From Gaiella sp. (lineage in GTDB: Bacteria; Actinomycetota; Thermoleophilia; Gaiellales; Gaiellaceae): DNA of 64,000 bases. The first letter of the stretch is position 1; every line of letters starts with the position of its first letter. The notes under the pieces are model-generated. The model was not told the DNA's origin. It ran no database searches and saw nothing but the letters and a program-made list of their open reading frames with translations. The position numbers and the translations under genes are program-made. The stretch is taken from contig JBKJVI010000086.1 of the NCBI GenBank assembly GCA_046590225.1, positions 35,755 to 99,754 of the forward strand, written 5' to 3'. Below are positions 8,121 through 16,840 of this stretch, in pieces.

Positions 8121-9188
8121 ATGACAGCGCTGGCGCAGCGACTCGCCGAGCGGACGCTCGAGCTGGTCGATATCCCGTCGGAGAGCCTCGACGAGGAAGC
8201 GGTGCGCTCACACCTGCTCTCGCTCGTGCCGAACGCGTTCGAGGTGGAGTACGCGGCGGAGGACGCCTTCGTCTTTGCGCGACCACGCCGAGCAGGCGTT
8301 CCGCTCGTCCTCCTCGTCGGTCACTACGACACGGTGCCAGCCCAGGACAACCTGCCCGGTCGCATTGCCGACGGAGCAGTGCATGGTTGTGGGGCAACGG
8401 ACATGAAGGGTGGGGTCGCAGTCGCCCTCGAGATCGTCCGCGATCTCGCGCTTGCCGATCCTGGCTCGGTCGACGTGGCGCTTCTGCTCTTCGGGAAGGA
8501 GGAGCTGCCCGCGCAGTACAGCCCGCTTCCCCACCTCTTCGAGCATTCCCGGCTCGTCTTGGAGGCCGACCTCGCGATTCTCCTCGAGCCCACGAACCTG
8601 ACGCTCCAGGCCGGTTGTCTCGGAAACATGAATGCCCGGATCACATTCTCTGGCGTCAGCGGCCACTCGGCGCGCCCGTGGACGGCCGAGAATGCGATCG
8701 AGAAGGCCGTCGCGGGCCTCGCTCCCATCGCTGCGCTCGAGCGACGGGAGGCGATCGTCGGTGGTCTCCCGTTCTACGAGGTCGCGTCGATCACGCAGAT
8801 CGAGGGCGGGATCGCGTCGAACGTGATCCCGGACAGCGCTGTCGCGACGCTCAACTTCCGCTATGCACCCGATCGGACGCCGGAGAGCGCAGCGGAGTAT
8901 GTGCGTTCGCTCACCCCCGACGGAGCGGAGCTCGAGATCACCTCCGACTCGCCTCCCGCGACCGTCGTTACGGACACGCCGCTCGTGCGAGCGCTCCGCG
9001 ACGCCGGCGATCTCACCTTTGAGCCGAAGCAGGCATGGACGAACGTTGCCGACTTCACGATGCGCGGGATCGACGCGATCAACTTCGGCCCGGGTGCGAC
9101 CCGCTACGCCCACCGCCGCGATGAGCTCGTCGAGATCGAGGCGCTCGTGGCCACCTACGAGACGCTCGCCCGCTTTCTCGCGAGATAG
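8121..9188 (+). CDS. dapE: succinyl-diaminopimelate desuccinylase (M20 family)
   Basis: GHYDTV, GATDMKGG, EE, HSARPW, NFGPG, AH; first gene of dap operon. Confidence 0.88.
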   Translation: MTALAQRLAERTLELVDIPSESLDEEAVRSHLLSLVPNAFEVEYAAEDAFVFARPRRAGVPLVLLVGHYDTVPAQDNLPGRIADGAVHGCGATDMKGGVAVALEIVRDLALADPGSVDVALLLFGKEELPAQYSPLPHLFEHSRLVLEADLAILLEPTNLTLQAGCLGNMNARITFSGVSGHSARPWTAENAIEKAVAGLAPIAALERREAIVGGLPFYEVASITQIEGGIASNVIPDSAVATLNFRYAPDRTPESAAEYVRSLTPDGAELEITSDSPPATVVTDTPLVRALRDAGDLTFEPKQAWTNVADFTMRGIDAINFGPGATRYAHRRDELVEIEALVATYETLARFLAR

Positions 9189-9191
9189 ATC

Positions 9192-10340
9192 ATGCCCATC
9201 TCCCCGATCCTGAGCGGCCAGGCGACCTATCCGTTCGTGCGGCTGAATCAGGCGGCCGCAGCACGTCGCGCCGAGGGGCTCGAGGTGATCGACTTCGGGA
9301 TGGGCGATCCGCGCGAACCGACCGATCCTCGCATCATCGAGGCGCTGCGGAACGGCGTGCGCGAGCGAATGGGCTATCCGGCGGCCGTCGGCCTTCCGGA
9401 GCTCCGTGAGGCCGTGGCCGGCTGGGCCGAGCGACGATTCGGTGCGACGCTCGATCCCGAGACGCACGTGATCCCGACCCTGGGTTCGAAGGAGGCGATC
9501 TTCTCATTTGCGCAGGTCGTGCTCGATTTCGCGGGCGGCCGCGACACCGTCGTGCTGACCGAGCCCGGCTACCCGGTCGGCGTCCGCGGCGCCCAGTTCG
9601 CGGGTGCCCGCGTCGAGGAGCTGCCGCTGCTCGAAAGCAACGGCTTCCTTCCCGATTTCGATGCGGTTCCTGCGGAGACATGGCGCCGCACCGCGCTCTT
9701 CTGGGTGAACTATCCAAACAATCCGACCGGAGTCACTGCTCCGCTCTCCTTCTTCGAGCGTCTCGCAGCTCTCGCACGCGAGCACGACTTCGTGCTCGCT
9801 TCCGACGAGGCGTACACGGAGCTCTGGTTCGACGAGCGCCCGGTCTCGGCGCTGCAGCTCGATGACTGGACGAATCTCGCCGTCTTCAACACCCTCTCGA
9901 AGCGCTCGTCCATGACCGGCTATCGGTCGGGGTTCGTGGCAGGGGATCCCACGATCGTCGCGGCGTTGAAGCAGTTCCGCCCGAACGTCGGTACGGCACC
10001 GCAGGAGTTCGTGCAGCGCGCCTCGGTCGTCGCCTGGGGAGACGAGGAGCACGTCGAGCGCGCCCGCGCTGCGTACGCGGAGAAGCGACGGCTCTTTCTC
10101 GACCTCTTCGAGCGAGTCGGGCTCCGGAACGCGGGAGGGCCGGCAACGATGTACCTGTGGGTTGCGACGCCGCTCGGCGTCAGCTCCGAGGCGATGGCGA
10201 CGCGACTCCTCGACCACGGAGTGATCGTGGCCCCCGGCGCCTTTCTCGGGGCCTCTGGCGAGGGCTACATTCGCTTTGCGCTGGTGCCGACGCTCGACGA
10301 GTGCCGCAGCGCGATCGAGATCCTGGAGGGCGTGCTCTGA
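9192..10340 (+). CDS. dapC: N-succinyl-diaminopimelate aminotransferase (class I/II PLP)
   Basis: LGSKEAIF, WVNYPNNPTG, SDEAY, TLSKRSSMTGYRSGF; between dapE and dapD. Confidence 0.83.
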   Translation: MPISPILSGQATYPFVRLNQAAAARRAEGLEVIDFGMGDPREPTDPRIIEALRNGVRERMGYPAAVGLPELREAVAGWAERRFGATLDPETHVIPTLGSKEAIFSFAQVVLDFAGGRDTVVLTEPGYPVGVRGAQFAGARVEELPLLESNGFLPDFDAVPAETWRRTALFWVNYPNNPTGVTAPLSFFERLAALAREHDFVLASDEAYTELWFDERPVSALQLDDWTNLAVFNTLSKRSSMTGYRSGFVAGDPTIVAALKQFRPNVGTAPQEFVQRASVVAWGDEEHVERARAAYAEKRRLFLDLFERVGLRNAGGPATMYLWVATPLGVSSEAMATRLLDHGVIVAPGAFLGASGEGYIRFALVPTLDECRSAIEILEGVL

Positions 10341-10387
10341 CGGCTTCTCCTCCCGCGGATGCTTCGGATTCGCGACAATCAACTCCG

Positions 10388-11185
10388 ATGGAGCTTCAGC
10401 AGCAGATTCAGGCGATGTGGGCCTCCGGCGAGCTCGACGCTGCCGTGATCGAGCAGGCGATCGCGTTGCTCGACGCCGGCGCGATCCGCGTCGCCGAGCC
10501 CACCGCCGACGGCTGGGTTGTGAACGAATGGGTCAAGATGGCGATCCTCCTCTACTTCCGGATCCGCAAGGTCGAGCCGATGGACGTGGGCGGGCTGCAC
10601 TTCCTCGACAAGATTCCCGTCAAGTCGGACTACGCCGACCGCGGCGTGCGCGTCGTGCCGCCCGGGGTAGCCCGCTACGGGTCGTTTCTTTCCGAAGGAT
10701 GCGTGTTGATGCCCGGATACGTGAACATCGGTGCCTGGGTTGGGCCTCGCACGATGGTCGATACGTGGGCCACCGTTGGTTCGTGCGCTCAGATCGGAGC
10801 AGATGTCCATCTCGCGGGTGGCGTCGGGATCGGCGGGGTTCTCGAGCCACCTCAGGCAGCTCCGGTGATCATCGAGGACGGCGCCTTCATCGGCTCCCGC
10901 GCAGTGATCGTCGAAGGCGTGCACATCGGCGCCGGCGCGGTGATCGCGCCGAACGTCGTTCTCTCGGCGTCGATCCCGATCATCGATGTCACGGGAGCTG
11001 AGCCGGTCGAATATCGCGGCGAGGTGCCGGCCCGGGCGGTGGTGCTCCCGGGCGTGCGACAGAAGGAGTTCGCGGCGGGCACCTACGGCCTACAGTGCGC
11101 CCTGATCGTCGGCGAGCGCAACGCGTCGACGGATCTGAAGACGTTGCTCAACGACGTCCTGCGCGAGTTCGAAATCGCCGTCTAG
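10388..11185 (+). CDS. dapD: tetrahydrodipicolinate N-succinyltransferase
   Basis: WVVNEWVKMAILLYF, RVVPP, MVDTWATVGSCAQIG, GGVGIGGVLEP. Confidence 0.93.
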   Translation: MELQQQIQAMWASGELDAAVIEQAIALLDAGAIRVAEPTADGWVVNEWVKMAILLYFRIRKVEPMDVGGLHFLDKIPVKSDYADRGVRVVPPGVARYGSFLSEGCVLMPGYVNIGAWVGPRTMVDTWATVGSCAQIGADVHLAGGVGIGGVLEPPQAAPVIIEDGAFIGSRAVIVEGVHIGAGAVIAPNVVLSASIPIIDVTGAEPVEYRGEVPARAVVLPGVRQKEFAAGTYGLQCALIVGERNASTDLKTLLNDVLREFEIAV

Positions 11186-11937
11186 AGATCCGTCGATCCC
11201 CATGCAATCCGCTCGGCCGGCCCCGTCAGCGACGCGAGCCCGTCCGCGATCCGCACCTCCAGGTCGCCGCCTGGGAGATGCACGGTGACCGGGCTCTCGC
11301 ACCACCCGCGCTCGACGGCGACAGCGGCCGCAGCAACCGAGGACGAGCCGGATGCGCTCGTCTCCCCCGCTCCACGCTCCCAGACGAGGACCGTGAGATC
11401 GTGTCGTCCGTCGACGCGCACGAGCTGGACGTTCGTGCGCGCTTCGAAGCGCGTGTGGGTCTCGACGAGCGGCCCGAGGCGAAGGAGATCGTCCCGGCTA
11501 GGATCCTCGAGCCGGATCACCGCGTGAGGGTTCCCGACCGATGCGGTGGTCAGTTCGATTCCGTCGACGGCCTCGGTCTCTCCGACCGCGAATGCACCCA
11601 CGTCGGTGTCCGTCATGAGCGCGTCGATCATGCGCGCTGCGATCCGACGGTCTGCAGTCTCGATCGTCACCTCCTCCGCCCCGGTCTCGGTCGCGAGCCA
11701 GCGGGCGGCGATGCGGACGCCGTTCCCGGACATCTCGGCCGTCGATCCGTCCGGGTTCCAGATCGTCACAGCCGCGTGCGTGCCGTCGCGCCCCGTCACC
11801 TCGAGGACGCCGTCTGAGCCGATCCCCGTCTCGATCGAGCAGAGCCGCACGACTCGGGCCGGCGTGAGACGTCCGGCATCGGGTTGCTCCACGACGAGGT
11901 AGCTATTGCCGAGCGCGTGCCACTTCGAGAACTGCAT
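11182..11937 (-). CDS. dapF: diaminopimelate epimerase family protein (both catalytic Cys replaced by Ser)
   Basis: FSKWHALGN, GIGSDG, NPDGSTAEMSGNG, VGNPHAV, TNVQ, WERGAGETSASGSS, LPGG; GGAGGAGG RBS before ATG 11937; after miaA. Confidence 0.85.
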   Translation of the reverse strand: MQFSKWHALGNSYLVVEQPDAGRLTPARVVRLCSIETGIGSDGVLEVTGRDGTHAAVTIWNPDGSTAEMSGNGVRIAARWLATETGAEEVTIETADRRIAARMIDALMTDTDVGAFAVGETEAVDGIELTTASVGNPHAVIRLEDPSRDDLLRLGPLVETHTRFEARTNVQLVRVDGRHDLTVLVWERGAGETSASGSSSVAAAAVAVERGWCESPVTVHLPGGDLEVRIADGLASLTGPAERIAWGSTDL

Positions 11938-12796
11938 CTGCCACCTCCTCCGGGCTCCGGGTGCCGTCAACGCTAACGAGGCCCGGGATCCGCCGCATCC
12001 ACTTCCGCTGATACGCGGCATAGCGGCGCGTGCGGATGATGATCCGTTCGCGCGCCTCCGCCTCCGGAAGCGTCGCGATCTCGGCGAGTCCGAGCGCCTT
12101 GGCTGCCGTCGGTGAGACGCCCGCTTCGAGCGCCGCTCGCACTTCCTCGACGACGCCCTTCGCGAACATGTCGTCGGTGCGGGCGACGATCCGTCGCTCC
12201 AGCTCGTCGGCCGGGACGTCGATTCCGACGATCAGGGTCGGGTGGCGCGTCCCGCTTCCCCAGAGGCGGTCGTCGTCGGGGACGAGCGAGTGCCCGGTCT
12301 CGGCGAGTTCGAGCGCTCGCACGAGGCGTCGAGTGTCGTTGACGTGGACGGCCGCAGCGGAGCGTGGGTCAAGCGAGACCAGACGCTCATACGCCGCCGT
12401 GGGACAAGCCTCGACCTCGGACAGGATCCGCGCACGCACGCCCGCTCCGGGCTGCGGGGGCACCGCCATGTCGGCGAGGGCTGCGCGCAAGTAGAGACCG
12501 GTGCCTCCGCTTACGACCGCCGTTCCCGCGTGTGCAATGCCCTCATCGATCGCGTCGTGTGCCAGCGTCGTGTAGGCACCGACCGACATCTCCTCGGAGA
12601 GCTCCCGAATCGCCACGAGAGCCGTAGGGCGTTCTGGCTGGTTCGTGAGTATCGGCAGCCCTCGGTACACCTGGAGAGCGTCGCATGAGACCACACCGGT
12701 GCCGAGCCGGTCTGCGATCATCTCGGCGACGGCCGTCTTCCCGGAGGCGGTCGGGCCGAACACGGCGATGACGGCAACCATCGTGCTCTCGGTCAA
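11903..12796 (-). CDS. miaA: tRNA dimethylallyltransferase
   Basis: GPTASGKT, DALQVYRG, GGTGLY, RRLVRALE, TRRYAAYQRKW. Confidence 0.93.
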   Translation of the reverse strand: MTESTMVAVIAVFGPTASGKTAVAEMIADRLGTGVVSCDALQVYRGLPILTNQPERPTALVAIRELSEEMSVGAYTTLAHDAIDEGIAHAGTAVVSGGTGLYLRAALADMAVPPQPGAGVRARILSEVEACPTAAYERLVSLDPRSAAAVHVNDTRRLVRALELAETGHSLVPDDDRLWGSGTRHPTLIVGIDVPADELERRIVARTDDMFAKGVVEEVRAALEAGVSPTAAKALGLAEIATLPEAEARERIIIRTRRYAAYQRKWMRRIPGLVSVDGTRSPEEVADAVLEVARARQ

Positions 12797-14115
12797 GCGA
12801 GAACGGCCGACGCGATGCGACCCCGCAGCGTCGTCGAGGTCGAGCCTTCGATCGTGACGTCCACGAGGTCACCCGCTTCTCCGGTGCCCGTGAACACCAC
12901 GGTCGTGTTGCGCCGCGTCCGGCCGCGCAGGAACGCCTCGTCGGTGCGACTCGGCCCTTCGACGAGGACCTGCTCGACCCCCCCGATGCGCTCTGCGTTC
13001 CGCTCGGCCGCGATCCGCTGTACGACCTCAACGAGCCGCTCGAGCCGCTCGTGTTTCACGGGTTCGGGCACCTGGTCGGCCATCACGGCGGCGTCTGTCC
13101 CGCGCCTCGGCGAGTAGATGAACGTGAAGGCGCTGTCATAGCGCACTTCCTCGACGACCTCGAGCGTCTCCTCGAAGTCGGCCTCGGTCTCGCCGGGGAA
13201 GCCCACGATGATGTCCGTGCCGAGCGCGAGGTCGGGAATCGCCTCGCGCAGTCGGCCGGCGAGCGTCAGGTAGCGCTCACGCGAGTACGTCCGGCGCATC
13301 GCCTTGAGAATCCGCGTCGAACCCGACTGCAGCGGCAGATGAATGTGTTCGCAGACCGCGTCACACTCGGCCATGGCGGCGATCACGGGCTCGCGGAAGT
13401 CCTTCGGGTGCGGGCTCGTGAAGCGAATGCGCTCGATTCCGTCGACGGCGTCGCAGGCGCGAAGCAGTTCGCCGAACTCGGTGCGGATGTCGGGCGCGAG
13501 GTCTCGTCCCCAGGAGTTGACGTTTTGCCCGAGGAGGGTGATCTCGCGAACGCCGTCATGGGCGAGGCGTGTCACCTCGGCGATGATGTCGCCCGGCCTC
13601 CGGCTCTGCTCGCGTCCACGTACTGCGGGGACGATGCAGTAGGAGCACGTCGAGTTGCAGCCCATCGAGACCTGCACCCACGCGTGGGCCGGGCGTTCAC
13701 GGTGCTGCGGCAGGTGCCCGGCGAAGTGCTCGTGCGTGCCGAAGCGGCCGCGTTCGACCCCCTCGCCTCCCACGCCGACCCAGTCGCCGAGGTGCGGGAT
13801 GGAGCCCGGTCCGAAGGCAACGTCAACCTGTGGGTAGAGGTCGAAGATCCGCTCCTGCTGGGCCTCTGCGAAGCAGCCGCCAACGGCGATCACGAGGTCT
13901 GGATTCTCGCGCTTGCGAGCACCGGCATCACCGAGGTACGCAGACAGCTTCGTATCAGGCTTCTCGCGGATCGTGCACGTGTTGAAGACGACGATGTCGG
14001 CGTCTTCCTTGGAGGTCGCCTCGCCGAGTCCGAGCGACTCGAGCATCCCCTTGATGCGCTCGGAGTCGTGGCTGTTCATCTGACAGCCGAATGTGGTCAG
14101 GTGATAGCGCCGCAT
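12793..14115 (-). CDS. miaB: tRNA-2-methylthio-N6-dimethylallyladenosine synthase
   Basis: TFGCQMN, NTCTIRE, GCNSTCSYC, RFTSPHP, DIIVGFPGET, C-terminal TRAM domain. Confidence 0.96.
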   Translation of the reverse strand: MRRYHLTTFGCQMNSHDSERIKGMLESLGLGEATSKEDADIVVFNTCTIREKPDTKLSAYLGDAGARKRENPDLVIAVGGCFAEAQQERIFDLYPQVDVAFGPGSIPHLGDWVGVGGEGVERGRFGTHEHFAGHLPQHRERPAHAWVQVSMGCNSTCSYCIVPAVRGREQSRRPGDIIAEVTRLAHDGVREITLLGQNVNSWGRDLAPDIRTEFGELLRACDAVDGIERIRFTSPHPKDFREPVIAAMAECDAVCEHIHLPLQSGSTRILKAMRRTYSRERYLTLAGRLREAIPDLALGTDIIVGFPGETEADFEETLEVVEEVRYDSAFTFIYSPRRGTDAAVMADQVPEPVKHERLERLVEVVQRIAAERNAERIGGVEQVLVEGPSRTDEAFLRGRTRRNTTVVFTGTGEAGDLVDVTIEGSTSTTLRGRIASAVLA

Positions 14116-14227
14116 GGCCTCAGTGTAGGCAAGGCGCGTGCGTGTTCGATGCCGCGTCGCGTCGCTCGGTCGGCGTCCATCGCTCAGGTGCAGCGGCAGA
14201 CCACCTCCATGTCGTAGATTTATGTCT

Positions 14228-14542
14228 ATGGGAGACGAGAGACGATCGCTCGTTGATGACCTGACGGATACGGTCCGGCCGGCGAGTACGCCCGTCGATC
14301 TGGTCGTGTCGCCGCAGCTCGAGGAGATCGAAGCAGAGCACCAGCTGCTCTGCGTGGGTCGTCGGCGTCTGCACGAGAGCATCGACATGCTCGCCAGCCT
14401 TGACACGATCAAGCCGGACGCTGCTGCGCTGCTCGAGCGCTATCGGAGGAACGAGGAAACGGTCTCCCGCCGTCGGGCCGAGCTGTACCGGAGAATCCGT
14501 GAGCTTCAGAGCGAGCACCTCGTGCAGACCGACAAGAACTGA
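14228..14542 (+). CDS. small helical protein with two degenerate RsiG-like motifs
   Basis: EHQLLCVGRRRLHESID and EETVSRRRAELYRRIRE; TAGATT 7 nt before ATG. Confidence 0.55.
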   Translation: MGDERRSLVDDLTDTVRPASTPVDLVVSPQLEEIEAEHQLLCVGRRRLHESIDMLASLDTIKPDAAALLERYRRNEETVSRRRAELYRRIRELQSEHLVQTDKN

Positions 14543-14602
14543 GATCCCTGGCGAACGATGACGTCAGTCACCTCGAGCCGGCTGCTGACCGCTCCACAAC
14601 GT

Positions 14603-14630
14603 CGAAAGCCCCGCCTGAGCAGGGCTTTCG
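14603..14630. terminator. hairpin between convergent tRNA-Pro and small CDS
   Basis: CGAAAGCCC-N10-GGGCTTTCG inverted repeat just past the tRNA 3' end; no long U tract. Confidence 0.55.
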
Positions 14631-14634
14631 GTGA

Positions 14635-14709
14635 TCGGGGCGCCGAGATTCGAACTCGGGACCTCTAGTCCCCCAGACTAGCGCGCTAACCAGGCTGCGC
14701 CACGCCCCG
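14635..14709 (-). tRNA. tRNA-Pro(GGG), CCA not encoded
   Basis: Acceptor CGGGGCG/CGCCCCG-A; anticodon arm CTAGT-CTGGGGG-ACTAG; GTTCGAATC T loop. Confidence 0.95.
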
Positions 14710-14817
14710 CGACCGCGTCATCCTAGCGGGCATCCCGTTTCCGCCGCGACAATGGTGTCACCGGGGACGGCGTCATGGTTGCTGCGGCGCGCCGAACACC
14801 CCATCTAACGGTTTCGC

Positions 14818-15123
14818 CTAGGCGAAACCGTTGAGCTTCTTGTACAGCCGGTCGACGAGGTCGGGCATCTGCTCGAGCCTTTCGGTGATCACGCGGATCC
14901 GGTACTCGCGGAAGTGCTCCGGCTTGACGCTGAACGCCTCGGCGAGGCGCGCGAGCACGTCGTCCGACGGGACGGGCCTGTTGCCGTGAACGATGTGATT
15001 CAGATAGCCGGCCGAGAGATCCGTTTTGTCGGCGAGCGCCCGGTAGGTGAGGCCCGTCTCCGTCATCAGCCGTTCCATCGTTACGCCAAGACCGTCATCC
15101 GAGTATGCGCGACGCTTTGCCAC
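14818..15123 (-). CDS. XRE-family helix-turn-helix protein
   Basis: GLTYRALADKTDLSAGYLNHIVHGNRPVPS; GTG overlaps proS TAG. Confidence 0.82.
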   Translation of the reverse strand: MAKRRAYSDDGLGVTMERLMTETGLTYRALADKTDLSAGYLNHIVHGNRPVPSDDVLARLAEAFSVKPEHFREYRIRVITERLEQMPDLVDRLYKKLNGFA

Positions 15124-16805
15124 TAGAGCTCCTCTATCCAGGTGAGAACGGTTTCACGAGGGATACGGTCGTCGGCGCCGGTTTCCCGGATTCGCACGTC
15201 GACCGCCCCGTCGTCCAGTGTCTTCTTGCCGACCGTGACCCTGATCGGCACGCCGAGCAGATCGGCATCGGCGAACTTCTCGCCCGGGCGCTGCGCCCGG
15301 TCGTCCAGCAGAACTTCGAGACCTCCGAAGGAGAGGTGTTCGGACAGCTCGACAGCAGCGTCGAGTACCTCGGGCGCGGTGCCATGGAGGGAGAGCACAT
15401 GCGCGTCGTAGGGTGCGATCGAGCGCGGCCACGAGATCCCGTGCTCATCGTGCTGCTGCTCGACGGCTGCGGCCATGACGCGGCCGGGACCGATGCCGTA
15501 GCACCCCATCTCCACCGTCTGCTCCGTGCCCTCGTCGTCGAGGAACCTCGCGCCGAGCGGGGCCGAGAATCGCGTGCCGAGCTTGAAGATGTGGCCGACC
15601 TCGATCGCGGTCTGGAACGTCAGACGCCCACCGCACCTGGGGCAACTGTCGCCGTCGATCGACTGGCGGATGTCGGCGAAGCGTGCGGTGAAGTCGCGGC
15701 CGTGCTCAACGCCCTGGAGATGCCAGCCGGTGCGGTTCGCGCCTGCGACGAACTGGCCGTCGCGGAGCGTCTCGTCAGCGAGGATCTCGCCCTTGAACCC
15801 GACGGGCCCCAGCGAGCCGGGGTCGGCACCGAACGCCGCTCTGATCTCGTTCTCCGTGGCAGGCCGGAACGCGCCACCGAGTGCAGCCGCGAGCTTTGCC
15901 TCCTCGAGGCGGTCGTCGCCACGGATCAGCCCGAGGATGAGCCGGCCGTCCTCCATCGTCACGGGCATCGCCTTCGACGTTGCCGCCGGGTCGATACGGA
16001 GGAACTCGGCGAGAGCGTCGATCGTCGTGACGCCAGGCGTCGCAACCTCGGCCGGGCTCTCGAGACGCCCGGGAAACGCCGGAGCGCGAGGCACCCCACG
16101 CGCAACCTCGAGATCGGCCGCGTAGTCGCAGTTCTCGCACGTCACGAGCGTGTTCTCCCCTGAGCCGGAAGGCGCGAGGTAGTCGATCGACTCGCTGCCG
16201 CCCATCATCCCCGGCTCGGCCTGTACGGCCACGGCCTCGATGCCGCAGCGCTCGAAGATTCGCCCATACGCGCCGGCGTGCTTCTGGAAGCTGACGTCGA
16301 GGCCTGCCTCGTCGCGGTCGAACGAGTACGCGTCCTTCATCACGAACTCGCGCACGCGGAGCAGACCGCCGCGCGGGCGGGGCTCGTCGCGTCCCTTCGT
16401 CTGAAAGTGATACAGCGTCTTCGGCAGGTCGCGGTACGACCCGAGCTCGGCGAAGTGGAACGTCACCGTCTCCTCGTGCGTCATCGAGAGCACGAACGGG
16501 CGGCCGGCGCGGTCGGGGAACTTGAAGAGCTCCGGGATCGAATAGCGCCCTGAAGTCTCCCAGAGCTCGGCGGGCGCGATGACGGGCATCGACATCTCCT
16601 GACCACCGATTCCATCCATCTCCTCACGGATGATCTGAACGATCCTCTCATGCACGCGCCAGCCGGCCGGGAGGTAGCTCCAGAGCCCGGCACTGACCTG
16701 GCGGATCATCCCGGCGCGGACGAGGAGCTTGTGCGAGGTCGCATCCGCGTCCGCGGGGTCGTCACGCAGCGTGGGGAGAAACAGCTCTGTCTGACGCCTG
16801 ACCAT
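15123..16805 (-). CDS. proS: proline--tRNA ligase with insertion editing domain
   Basis: SHKLLVRAG, THEE, RDEPRPRGGLLRVREF, IEVGHIFKLG, MGCYGIG, GEKFADADL. Confidence 0.96.
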   Translation of the reverse strand: MVRRQTELFLPTLRDDPADADATSHKLLVRAGMIRQVSAGLWSYLPAGWRVHERIVQIIREEMDGIGGQEMSMPVIAPAELWETSGRYSIPELFKFPDRAGRPFVLSMTHEETVTFHFAELGSYRDLPKTLYHFQTKGRDEPRPRGGLLRVREFVMKDAYSFDRDEAGLDVSFQKHAGAYGRIFERCGIEAVAVQAEPGMMGGSESIDYLAPSGSGENTLVTCENCDYAADLEVARGVPRAPAFPGRLESPAEVATPGVTTIDALAEFLRIDPAATSKAMPVTMEDGRLILGLIRGDDRLEEAKLAAALGGAFRPATENEIRAAFGADPGSLGPVGFKGEILADETLRDGQFVAGANRTGWHLQGVEHGRDFTARFADIRQSIDGDSCPRCGGRLTFQTAIEVGHIFKLGTRFSAPLGARFLDDEGTEQTVEMGCYGIGPGRVMAAAVEQQHDEHGISWPRSIAPYDAHVLSLHGTAPEVLDAAVELSEHLSFGGLEVLLDDRAQRPGEKFADADLLGVPIRVTVGKKTLDDGAVDVRIRETGADDRIPRETVLTWIEEL

Positions 16806-16840
16806 GCGGCTGCAGGTTACCGAAGCTGGCAACAATGACT

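Noticed and set aside
14543-14709. tRNA-Pro as an integration site
   Set aside because: No integrase or duplicated tRNA 3' end seen; core genes resume after one small ORF
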